NCBI GenBank assembly: GCA_041662965.1
Contig: JBAZRI010000006.1
Coordinates: 1-59,090 of the forward strand
Direction: 5' to 3'
DNA: 59,090 nt
DNA from: Patescibacteria group bacterium
GTDB lineage: Bacteria > Patescibacteriota > Patescibacteriia > Patescibacteriales > GWC2-42-12
The notes under the pieces are model-generated. The model was not told where the DNA came from and ran no database searches. It was given only the letters and a program-made list of their open reading frames with translations. This document shows positions 8,818 to 16,008 of the stretch, one piece after another; position 1 is the stretch's first letter, and every line of letters begins with the position of its first letter. The translations under genes and the position numbers were made by a program.

Positions 8818-8875
8818 GTCAAACTTCGCTTATCGGTATACGTTAGGCGAAATAAAAAAACAAATTATAAAATAT

Positions 8876-9247
8876 ATGGAAAAACCAATTTATGAACATC
8901 CTGAGGATACCGCATCGGATTTGATGAAAAATGATTATCTAAACGAATATCTTACATTTAATAGGCTACTTTACGATGAAGGCAGCAAATATAAAAAACC
9001 GCCTCTTGCTCCGAGAGGTTTTTCTCAAAGATATCCAAATATGACATTCAGCGGCCTGCCTTTTAAGATTTCAGAAATAGATAGACAAAAAATTGAAGAA
9101 CTAGATAAATTGTCTGTCGAGGCTAATCGTTTATTAAATGAAACGCCTTCAGACACAAATGCGCTATTAAAAATAGTTATTCTGGTTGCAGAAATATGCG
9201 GCAGGCCTGACTTTGCAAATAACTTTAGGGGAGGTGCCAAGGAATAA
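8876..9247 (+). CDS. hypothetical protein (cassette 3)
   Basis: The track ORF 8750-9247 runs across hicA and the GTTAGGC core. The internal ATG at 8876 (MEKPIYEHPED...) lies just inside the cassette boundary, so it is taken as the start. Confidence 0.5.
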   Translation: MEKPIYEHPEDTASDLMKNDYLNEYLTFNRLLYDEGSKYKKPPLAPRGFSQRYPNMTFSGLPFKISEIDRQKIEELDKLSVEANRLLNETPSDTNALLKIVILVAEICGRPDFANNFRGGAKE

Positions 9248-9263
9248 TTTGTTTTTTTACATC

Positions 9264-9350
9264 GCCTAACACGCGATATCCGCAAGAGCTAAAGCCACAT
9301 TTCAATTTGCTTCGCTTCATTGAAATGTCGGATATCGCGAAACGTTAAGT
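9264..9350 (+). other. attC-like site 3 (canonical size, 87 bp)
   Basis: R'' GCCTAAC, ac, gcgatatccg, bulge, acatttcaat/attgaaatgt stem, cggatatcgc, gaaac, R' GTTAAGT. Unequal spacers (2 vs 5 nt), as in attC sites. Confidence 0.7.
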
Positions 9351-9382
9351 GAAATTTTAAAGAAATATTTTTGTTATTTTAC

Positions 9383-9530
9383 AAAAAAACGACCTCTTTT
9401 GTGGGTGGGTCGTCATAGCTTCATTGAAGCAACCTCTGTTTTTTTACGAAGCTAGCCCTTCCCCTAGATTTAACCGGTGAATCCAGAGGCAATCCGACCT
9501 CCTCGGACGGCTAACTTTTCCGAGTATTTA
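9383..9530 (-). ncRNA. candidate about 145-nt structured RNA in ORF-less cassette 4
   Basis: Minus strand: TTGACA (9563-9558), 17 nt, TAAATT (9540-9535) upstream. Intrinsic terminator acgacc...ggtcgt plus U-run at 9413-9383. Internal stems uccga/ucgga, ccucug/cagagg, gcuuc/gaagc. No ORF of 40 aa or more. Confidence 0.3.
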
Positions 9531-9595
9531 TAATAATTTATATTATCCATTATAAAATGTCAAGATTTAATATATACAAAAATATTTCTTTAAAA

Positions 9596-9667
9596 CTCAG
9601 AGGGTCGCTGCGCTTTCTTTTGCCCCTATATTTTAGTATAATTACATTAAGAAATTACAAGCCTAAA
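9596..9667 (+). other. degenerate terminal attC remnant / shared pre-R'' module
   Basis: ctcagagggtcgctgcgctttcttttgcccc... ends in GCCTAAA. The first about 30 nt match 8210-8238 (ctcaaggggggcgctgcgcttttgcccc), which precedes GCCTAAC at 8284. No downstream GTTRRRY partner was found. Confidence 0.4.
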
Positions 9668-9704
9668 TAACCGGTAATTTTTATAAACTAGAAAAAAATA
9701 TCTG

Positions 9705-9944
9705 ATGAAAAATATACAGCATTATTCTAAAGAATCTTGGCCAAGGTCGCTAACAAAAATGATCACTTATAGAATAGCCATTCTTATCCTTGATTTTACC
9801 ATCGTCTATTTACTGACGGGAAAAATTGAGATTGCTTTAGGCTTTATGGTAGCCAGCAATATTTACACCAGCATAGGCTATTACATCCACGAAAGAGCCT
9901 GGGATCGCGTCAAATGGGGAAAAATCAAGCAGGCTAAAAAATAA
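9705..9944 (+). CDS. DUF2061-like small membrane protein
   Basis: 79 aa, two TM helices, HERAWDRVKWG C-terminal motif. Confidence 0.55.
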   Translation: MKNIQHYSKESWPRSLTKMITYRIAILILDFTIVYLLTGKIEIALGFMVASNIYTSIGYYIHERAWDRVKWGKIKQAKK

Positions 9945-9973
9945 CAGCGCTCTTTAATTATTAAACAAAAAAT

Positions 9974-11068
9974 ATGAAAAAAATTAATATCGGCATACTG
10001 TTTGGCGGTAAATCCGCCGAACACGAAGTCTCTCTGCAGTCGGCAAAAAATATTTTTGAAGCGATTGATAAAAAAAAATACAATCCTATTTTAATCGGCA
10101 TTGATAAATCCGGCAAATGGCTGTTAAGCGACAGCTCTAAATTCCTGCTTAACGCGGACAACCCCAAATTAATAAGGCTCAATCAAGCCAGCGACCACGT
10201 GGCTTTAGTGCCTCAAAGCGGCGGCAAAATATCAAATTTATTCCACAAAGGCAAGAAAAAATCCATTGACGTCATTTTCCCGATCTTGCACGGCCCTTTC
10301 GGCGAAGACGGCACGGTCCAAGGCTTATTAAAGCTCGCTAATATTCCTTTCGTCGGCGCCAGCGTTCTAGGCTCGGCGGTCGGCATGGATAAAGACGTAA
10401 TGAAGCGCTTATTGCGCGACGCCGGCCTGCCTATCGGAAAATTTATCACTCTCAATTCAGGCGATAAAATTCCCGGATATAAAACCATCGCGGAAAAAAT
10501 CGGCATGCCCTGCTTCATAAAACCGGCTAACATGGGCTCGTCGGTCGGCGTGAGTAAAGTCAATAGCCAAGGCGAATATTTAAAGGCCATAAAAAACGCC
10601 TGGCAATATGACACAAAAATTTTAATAGAAGAATATATCAAGGGCAGAGAAATTGAATGTTCGGTTTTAGGCAACGCCAACCCTATCGCCTCCGTACCCG
10701 GCGAAGTGACCCCCAGCCATGAATTTTATTCTTATGAAGCCAAATATCTTGATGAAAAAGGCGCGATTTTAGAAATTCCCGCAAAACTGCCCAGCCAAAC
10801 CATAAAAAAAATCCAGGCTTTAGCCGTAAAAACGTTTAAAACTTTATCTTGCGAAGGTCCGGGCCGAGTTGACTTTTTTCTCAAAAAAAACGGGGATATC
10901 ATCGTCAACGAGATTAATACCATGCCGGGCTTTACAAAAATAAGCATGTATCCGAAATTATGGGAAGCCAGCGGCATAGCTTATGCCGAGCTGATTGACA
11001 AATTAATTCAACTAGCAATTGAAAGATTTAACAAAGAGCAAAATTTAAAAACAAATTACGTTAAATAA
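9974..11068 (+). CDS. ddl: D-alanine--D-alanine ligase
   Basis: GILFGGKSAEHEVSL N-terminus, ATP-grasp core, EINTMPGFT C-terminal motif. Confidence 0.92.
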   Translation: MKKINIGILFGGKSAEHEVSLQSAKNIFEAIDKKKYNPILIGIDKSGKWLLSDSSKFLLNADNPKLIRLNQASDHVALVPQSGGKISNLFHKGKKKSIDVIFPILHGPFGEDGTVQGLLKLANIPFVGASVLGSAVGMDKDVMKRLLRDAGLPIGKFITLNSGDKIPGYKTIAEKIGMPCFIKPANMGSSVGVSKVNSQGEYLKAIKNAWQYDTKILIEEYIKGREIECSVLGNANPIASVPGEVTPSHEFYSYEAKYLDEKGAILEIPAKLPSQTIKKIQALAVKTFKTLSCEGPGRVDFFLKKNGDIIVNEINTMPGFTKISMYPKLWEASGIAYAELIDKLIQLAIERFNKEQNLKTNYVK

Positions 11069-11079
11069 AAAACGACAAA

Positions 11080-12567
11080 ATGAAAATTTATAAATATATT
11101 TTGGAAATAACGGTCTTCGCCTGCGGAACCGTTGTTATGATATTTGAGCTCGTCGGTTCAAGAGTCCTCGGCCCGTATTTCGGCACCTCTATTTTTGTCT
11201 GGACAAGCTTAATCGGCATTATTTTAGGCAGCCTTAGCCTCGGCTACTATCTTGGCGGTAAAATCGCGGATAAAAAAACCAGCCTAAGCGGCTTATCGCT
11301 GATTATTCTTTTAGCGGCAATCTCTATCGGCTTAACGATTCTAATTAAAGATTTTTTACTGGCTGTTTCGCAAGCCAGCTTTACGGATATCCGCCTGGCC
11401 GCGGTTTTAGCGTCCTTGATTTTATTCTCGCCCGCCAGCATGCTCTTAGGCATGGTTTCTCCTTACGCTGTTAAGTTAAAAATGGAAAATTTAAATACCT
11501 CGGGCAGAACCGTAGGCAATCTTTACGCCATCTCCACGGTTGGCAGTATTATCGGAACGTTTTTATCCGGTTTTTACTTAATCCCGCGCTTTGGCACAAA
11601 CAAACTCTTAATTATTTTATCAATAATATTAATTATCGTTTCTTTGGCGCTGGCTGTAAAAAAATATACTAAAACAAAATTGCTTGTTTTTATTATTGCC
11701 GTCGTTAGCTGGTCGGCAATTAGCGGGCTTGATGGCCTAGCTCTAAAAAATGGCTTTATAGACGTTGACACGGCCTACAACCGCATTTGGATATATAATC
11801 GCCTTGAACCGAATACAAACAGACTTACTAAAATAATGGGGATAAACAACGAAAATCATTCATCAATGTTTTTGGATAGCGATGAATTGGTAAATGAATA
11901 CACGAAATATTATCATTTAGCCAAGCACTTTAATCCCAATTTTAAAGCCACTTTGATGCTCGGCGGCGCCGGCTATTCATATCCAAAAGATTTTTTACTC
12001 AAATATCCCGAGGCCATGATTGATGTGGTTGAAATTGACCAAAAAATCACCGACCTGGCGAAAAAATACTTTAGGCTGAAAGAAAATCCCAGGCTGAATA
12101 TTTTCCACGAAGACGGCAGGGTATTTTTAAATAAAACGCGAAAAAAATACGACGTAATTTTCGGCGATGCTTTTAGCTCGCGCTATTCTTTGCCTTATCA
12201 GCTAACAACCAGAGAAGCTGTGCAAAAAAAATATGACATTTTAAACGATGGCGGGGCCGTCATTTTAAACATCATTTCGGCAATAGACGGCGAAAAAGGC
12301 GAATTTTTAAGAGCCGAATACGCTACCTACAAAAATATTTTCCCGCAAGTTTATCTATTCCCGGTTAGCCGGCCAAACAATGGAAGCGCGGTGCAAAATA
12401 TAATATTAGTGGCCCTAAAATCTAAATCGGAACCAAAATTTGATAGCGCTAATCCGGAATTAAATGGATATTTAGAGCATTTATGGAAAAAAGAAATTGA
12501 TACGGATATACCGATTTTAACCGATGATTACGCGCCGGTAGATTACTATATCAGTAAGGCAATTTAG
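11080..12567 (+). CDS. membrane-anchored spermidine synthase-like protein
   Basis: Multi-TM N-terminal half, then a class I MTase-like spermidine synthase fold (LMLGGAGYSYP...DVIFGDAF). Confidence 0.65.
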   Translation: MKIYKYILEITVFACGTVVMIFELVGSRVLGPYFGTSIFVWTSLIGIILGSLSLGYYLGGKIADKKTSLSGLSLIILLAAISIGLTILIKDFLLAVSQASFTDIRLAAVLASLILFSPASMLLGMVSPYAVKLKMENLNTSGRTVGNLYAISTVGSIIGTFLSGFYLIPRFGTNKLLIILSIILIIVSLALAVKKYTKTKLLVFIIAVVSWSAISGLDGLALKNGFIDVDTAYNRIWIYNRLEPNTNRLTKIMGINNENHSSMFLDSDELVNEYTKYYHLAKHFNPNFKATLMLGGAGYSYPKDFLLKYPEAMIDVVEIDQKITDLAKKYFRLKENPRLNIFHEDGRVFLNKTRKKYDVIFGDAFSSRYSLPYQLTTREAVQKKYDILNDGGAVILNIISAIDGEKGEFLRAEYATYKNIFPQVYLFPVSRPNNGSAVQNIILVALKSKSEPKFDSANPELNGYLEHLWKKEIDTDIPILTDDYAPVDYYISKAI

Positions 12568-12587
12568 AAAATAAAAATCGCTAAAAC

Positions 12588-12615
12588 AAAAACATGGCTT
12601 AAGGCCATGTTTTTT
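12588..12615. terminator. bidirectional intrinsic terminator
   Basis: aaaaacatggc-ttaag-gccatgtttttt between convergent genes; A-run and T-run on either side. Confidence 0.6.
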
Positions 12616-13471
12616 AAGTTTTACTTCGGCTCTTTATTCTAAGCTTCTCCCCTAGCGTAACTATCAGCAGACCGGCGAACCAAGCTATTTTTAAAATCCA
12701 GTATTCATAAGCCGGCCGCCATTTTTTAAAATATTTCAGCATGGAGTCGCGGAAATACTTTTGCTTGACCGCCAAATTCACTTGCTTAAAGCTCTGCCCG
12801 ATTAAATCAATGCATTCAGCCGTCGGCATATACCAAATTTGCCCGCCGGCCTGTTTAACACGCCAGCAATAATCAACTTCCTCAAACCAAAGAAAAAATC
12901 TTTCATCCAGCAGGCCGATTTTTTCAATCGCCCGCTTTCTTATCATAAAAAAACCACCCCTGATAGAATCAACCGAAGCCGATCTTGAATAATCAAAATC
13001 ATTTTTTAAATATTTATTCAAAACCGAAGGAAAGATATGAGGAATTTTTAAAATAACTGCCAACTGGTCAATTAGCGCGGGAAAACGGCGCACCTGCTTT
13101 ATAAGCTTAGCGCTTTCATCAACTAATTTACAGCCGGCCACCCAAGCCTGGTCATGCCTATCCATCCAGGAAATCATGCGCGACAAAGTATCATCAAACA
13201 CGCGCATATCCGGATTTAATAATAAAACATATCTGCCGCTCGCTTGCTTAATCGCTTGGTTATTAGCTTTGGCAAAACCCAGATTTTCCCGATTAACTAT
13301 TAATTTTACTTGCGGATAATATCGTTTGACCATTTCAACGGTGCCGTCGGCTGAATTGTTATCAACCACAAAAACTTCAAAATCAGCGCCCTGGCTTTCA
13401 AACAGCGCCCTTAAATTATCTTTTAATTTTTCCTTGACGTTCCAGGAAACGATGATGATTGAGAGGTCCAT
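12614..13471 (-). CDS. glycosyltransferase family 2
   Basis: Start moved to the internal MDLSIIIVSWN (GT2-typical N-terminus). The track start at 13600 would overlap the upstream radical-SAM gene by 124 nt. Confidence 0.8.
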   Translation of the reverse strand: MDLSIIIVSWNVKEKLKDNLRALFESQGADFEVFVVDNNSADGTVEMVKRYYPQVKLIVNRENLGFAKANNQAIKQASGRYVLLLNPDMRVFDDTLSRMISWMDRHDQAWVAGCKLVDESAKLIKQVRRFPALIDQLAVILKIPHIFPSVLNKYLKNDFDYSRSASVDSIRGGFFMIRKRAIEKIGLLDERFFLWFEEVDYCWRVKQAGGQIWYMPTAECIDLIGQSFKQVNLAVKQKYFRDSMLKYFKKWRPAYEYWILKIAWFAGLLIVTLGEKLRIKSRSKT

Positions 13472-13476
13472 ATTAT

Positions 13477-14553
13477 TTAATCTCGCCTTTTTAGGCGGTC
13501 GAGAATCGCTTTTGGTTTTTTTAAATAAAATATTAACCGTGGGTAGAAACTGGTAGACACGCTCCACTCCACCGCCCAACAGTTTAGACAACCGGCGCAA
13601 TTGACGATTTTTCTTCTAATTTCTTTCGCTTTGTCGCTCTGCCAAATTTCGGTCGGAGTATTATTTCTAACATTGCCTAATATCTCATCCCAACGGCTTA
13701 AACAAGGAGCAATATTGCCATCACAACGCAAAATAAAAAAAGTTTCGGTAGCAAAACACCTAAAATTGATCGATTTATTTTGGATAAATCTAAGCCATTT
13801 TTCACGTACGATAGTCTTAGGCTGACTACTAACAGCAGCATACATCTTTTCTTTATTTTGGTTTTTATTATTCTGGCTATTTTCATAAAAAGATGATTGG
13901 TTATACCATTGCATAATAAATTCAATATTTAAATTATTAGCATAGTCTTCAACTTTTTGCCAACTTTCTATGGTTAAATCGGACAATGTAAAGCCGATAG
14001 CTAAGGTTAAGTGGCGAGGATATTCTTGTCTTAATTTTACCAACTCGCGCAAAAGATAATCTACTTTTTTAAAATTTCCCGGCGTACCGCGCATCTTATC
14101 GTGCTCTTCGCCTATGCCATCAAGAGAAACGCTAGCATTAATCTTAATACCCTCTTTCAATACCGTGCCGACCGTCTCTATCATACGTTCAGGCAGCAGT
14201 CCGTTAGTGCTGATATTCAGACAAGCGTCCGGAAAAAATTCATGTTCCAACCTGATAATATCAATAATATCGCTCCGTAGTAATACCTCGCCGCCTGAAT
14301 TAATGATAATCTCTATGTCTTTAAAAAGCGGATCACTGAAACATTTCCTTATCTCTTTTAAGGTTAGCTCGTCTTTCGCAGGCTGTTTTTTCCAGATATT
14401 GCAATGTTGGCAGCGCGAATTGCACCTTTCTGTCAAGCCGAACCATAGCCATTTTGGCCGCAGGCTCTTGCCTAAAAAAACTTTAAATAAATTGCTATTG
14501 CCTTCAAAAAATTTGTTAACTAATTTTTTAGATAAATTTAAAAATTTTTTCAT
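13477..14553 (-). CDS. radical SAM protein with C-terminal SPASM/twitch-like Cys cluster
   Basis: CNSRCQHCNIW (CxxxCxxC) and C-terminal cysteines CDGNIAPC ... CAGCLNCW. Confidence 0.8.
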   Translation of the reverse strand: MKKFLNLSKKLVNKFFEGNSNLFKVFLGKSLRPKWLWFGLTERCNSRCQHCNIWKKQPAKDELTLKEIRKCFSDPLFKDIEIIINSGGEVLLRSDIIDIIRLEHEFFPDACLNISTNGLLPERMIETVGTVLKEGIKINASVSLDGIGEEHDKMRGTPGNFKKVDYLLRELVKLRQEYPRHLTLAIGFTLSDLTIESWQKVEDYANNLNIEFIMQWYNQSSFYENSQNNKNQNKEKMYAAVSSQPKTIVREKWLRFIQNKSINFRCFATETFFILRCDGNIAPCLSRWDEILGNVRNNTPTEIWQSDKAKEIRRKIVNCAGCLNCWAVEWSVSTSFYPRLIFYLKKPKAILDRLKRRD

Positions 14554-14559
14554 AATTTA

Positions 14560-16008
14560 TTATCTACTCGCAAAAAATTTGCTTATAATCTTAAACGAGT
14601 TTAATGGGTTGGTAAAAATATATTTAACGCCAATTATCGGGTGCTTTAAAAAAAGTCTAAACATCTTATTGGCTGAAATACGGCCGCTTCTCATTTCCTG
14701 CTCCTTAATCTCCGTTTTTATTTTCTGAAAAATAATTTTGAATTCTTTTTTAGACATAGTATTTACGATCAACCTTTCATCGTCAAAACCCATATCACTA
14801 TCTGGACATAAAACCCCATAATTAATATCCTTATTTATTAATTTTTTTTCAATTGCCATTTTCCATAGTTCTGTACCTGGATAAGGAGTAGTAATTCCGA
14901 TCCCAACAAGATCTAAATATTTAATATTATTTTTTATAAATTCCAAACTTTCCAACATATCCTGCTTCGTTTCACCTGGTGTGCCAAACATAAAACTTGC
15001 GCTTACTTTCAGGCCAGCCTGCCTGCACAATCTCATAGCTTGAACATGAGTTTCCGGAGATTCTTGCTTTTTTAAAATATCAAGCACTCTTTGCGATCCA
15101 CTTTCCATTCCTATAGATACCAATGAGCAACCATTATCTTTCATTCTAGACAAAATTCCCAAATCCACTCTTAGTATAGCATCACTACGTGCTTGGCAAC
15201 CCCAAGTAATCCTCTCTTTCAATCCATTTTGTTCGAACAGGGTTAAAAGCTTATTCAGACGGTCTTGATTTACAATCATCTCGTCATCGGCAAAGAAAAA
15301 AGTATTTAAGCCGTATTTATTTACTAAAAAATTAAGATCGTGGAAAACACGATCGGCGCTAAAATATCTTACCGGAGTAAAGCGCCCGCTATTATGACAA
15401 AATATACAGCGATAAGGACAGCCTCGGCTTGTTGTTATTGTTAGAGCCCTGGCGTCGGCCGGTGCATACGGTATAGTTTTAGCCGTGTTGTCGGTAGCGC
15501 CGATATAATATTCCATATCCATTAATTGCCAAGCCGGCGGAGGCAATAAATTTATATCATTTACAAAATCTCCTCTAATAATCCCCTTTTGCTGCTTGGT
15601 TTTAAACGGATCTTTAATAAAATCATCGACGATCTTCTTTAAAGCCGATTCGCCTTCGCCCTGAATAACTATATCAGAATGTTCCAGTGCTTCTTCGGGC
15701 ATTGCGCTGGCATGCACTCCGCCGAAAATAATCAAAATAGAAGGATTCTCCATACGGACACGATCGGCGATGGCGTATGCATCTTTGATAGTTAAAGTAG
15801 TCGAGGTAAAACCGATAATATCGGGCTTTATTTTATTTATTTTTTCAAAGATATTTTGCCCGGCCATTCCGTCAATAATGTAAACTTCTATTTCTGTAAA
15901 ATTTTCCAGCAAATAGGCCGCCAAAAATCCAATATTAATGGGCGGAGCAGCTGTTGAGACGGCTCGATGGGTTTTTGGTGGATTTATGAATGCTATTTTA
16001 AACGGCAT
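14560..16008 (-). CDS. B12-binding-domain radical SAM protein (class B)
   Basis: N-terminal Rossmann-like cobalamin-binding region, then TSRGCPYRCIFCHN (CxxxCxxC). Confidence 0.8.
   Translation of the reverse strand: MPFKIAFINPPKTHRAVSTAAPPINIGFLAAYLLENFTEIEVYIIDGMAGQNIFEKINKIKPDIIGFTSTTLTIKDAYAIADRVRMENPSILIIFGGVHASAMPEEALEHSDIVIQGEGESALKKIVDDFIKDPFKTKQQKGIIRGDFVNDINLLPPPAWQLMDMEYYIGATDNTAKTIPYAPADARALTITTSRGCPYRCIFCHNSGRFTPVRYFSADRVFHDLNFLVNKYGLNTFFFADDEMIVNQDRLNKLLTLFEQNGLKERITWGCQARSDAILRVDLGILSRMKDNGCSLVSIGMESGSQRVLDILKKQESPETHVQAMRLCRQAGLKVSASFMFGTPGETKQDMLESLEFIKNNIKYLDLVGIGITTPYPGTELWKMAIEKKLINKDINYGVLCPDSDMGFDDERLIVNTMSKKEFKIIFQKIKTEIKEQEMRSGRISANKMFRLFLKHPIIGVKYIFTNPLNSFKIISKFFASR

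Larger units (their letters stand above)
8284..8848 (+). other. attC-like site 2, with the hicBA operon inside its loop
   Basis: R'' GCCTAAC, aacg, cgataagcg ... cgcttatcg, gtatac, R' GTTAGGC. A second inner stem tttgacttatttttt (8334-8348) / aaaaaataagtcaaa (8809-8823) brackets the two ORFs. No proximal GTTRRRY partner for the 8284 box. Confidence 0.55.
5830..9667. mobile_element. integron-like platform: divergent recombinase, attI-like palindrome and 4 cassettes bounded by GTTRRRY/RYYYAAC cores
   Basis: Cores read by eye: GTTATAC 6759-6765, GCATAAC 7372-7378, GTTAGAC 7562-7568, GCCTAAC 8284-8290, GTTAGGC 8842-8848, GCCTAAC 9264-9270, GTTAAGT 9344-9350, degenerate GCCTAAA 9661-9667. All cassette ORFs point away from the recombinase. 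Confidence 0.7.

Noticed and set aside
8750-8875. Upstream extension of the cassette-3 ORF (track start at 8750).
   Set aside because: It would overlap hicA and read through the GTTAGGC cassette boundary and the inverted-repeat arm. The ATG at 8876 lies just inside the cassette, so it was preferred.
9383-9530. Identifying the cassette-4 RNA, or the 45981-46204 region, as a known RNA (SRP RNA, 6S, tmRNA, RNase P, tRNA).
   Set aside because: None of the conserved signatures I know for these RNAs is present (for example the GGUUCGAAUCC T-loop, the SRP GGAA/AGCA motifs or the RNase P GAGGAAAGUCC box). They are left as unclassified candidates.
5830-9667. Prophage or IS-type mobile element as an explanation for the recombinase locus.
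   Set aside because: There are no transposase, phage structural, replication or excisionase genes in the locus. The repeated GTTRRRY/RYYYAAC boxes fit a cassette array better. The shufflon alternative is kept as a finding rather than rejected.
12614-13600. Long form of the GT2 ORF, overlapping the radical-SAM gene by 124 nt.
   Set aside because: The internal start MDLSIIIVSWN gives a canonical GT2 N-terminus and a 5-nt gap to the upstream gene.
13477-14553. SPASM radical-SAM enzyme as a RiPP maturase.
   Set aside because: I found no short Cys/Gly-rich precursor ORF in the flanks, and the gene is wedged between glycosyltransferases. A glycan role is favoured but not proven.
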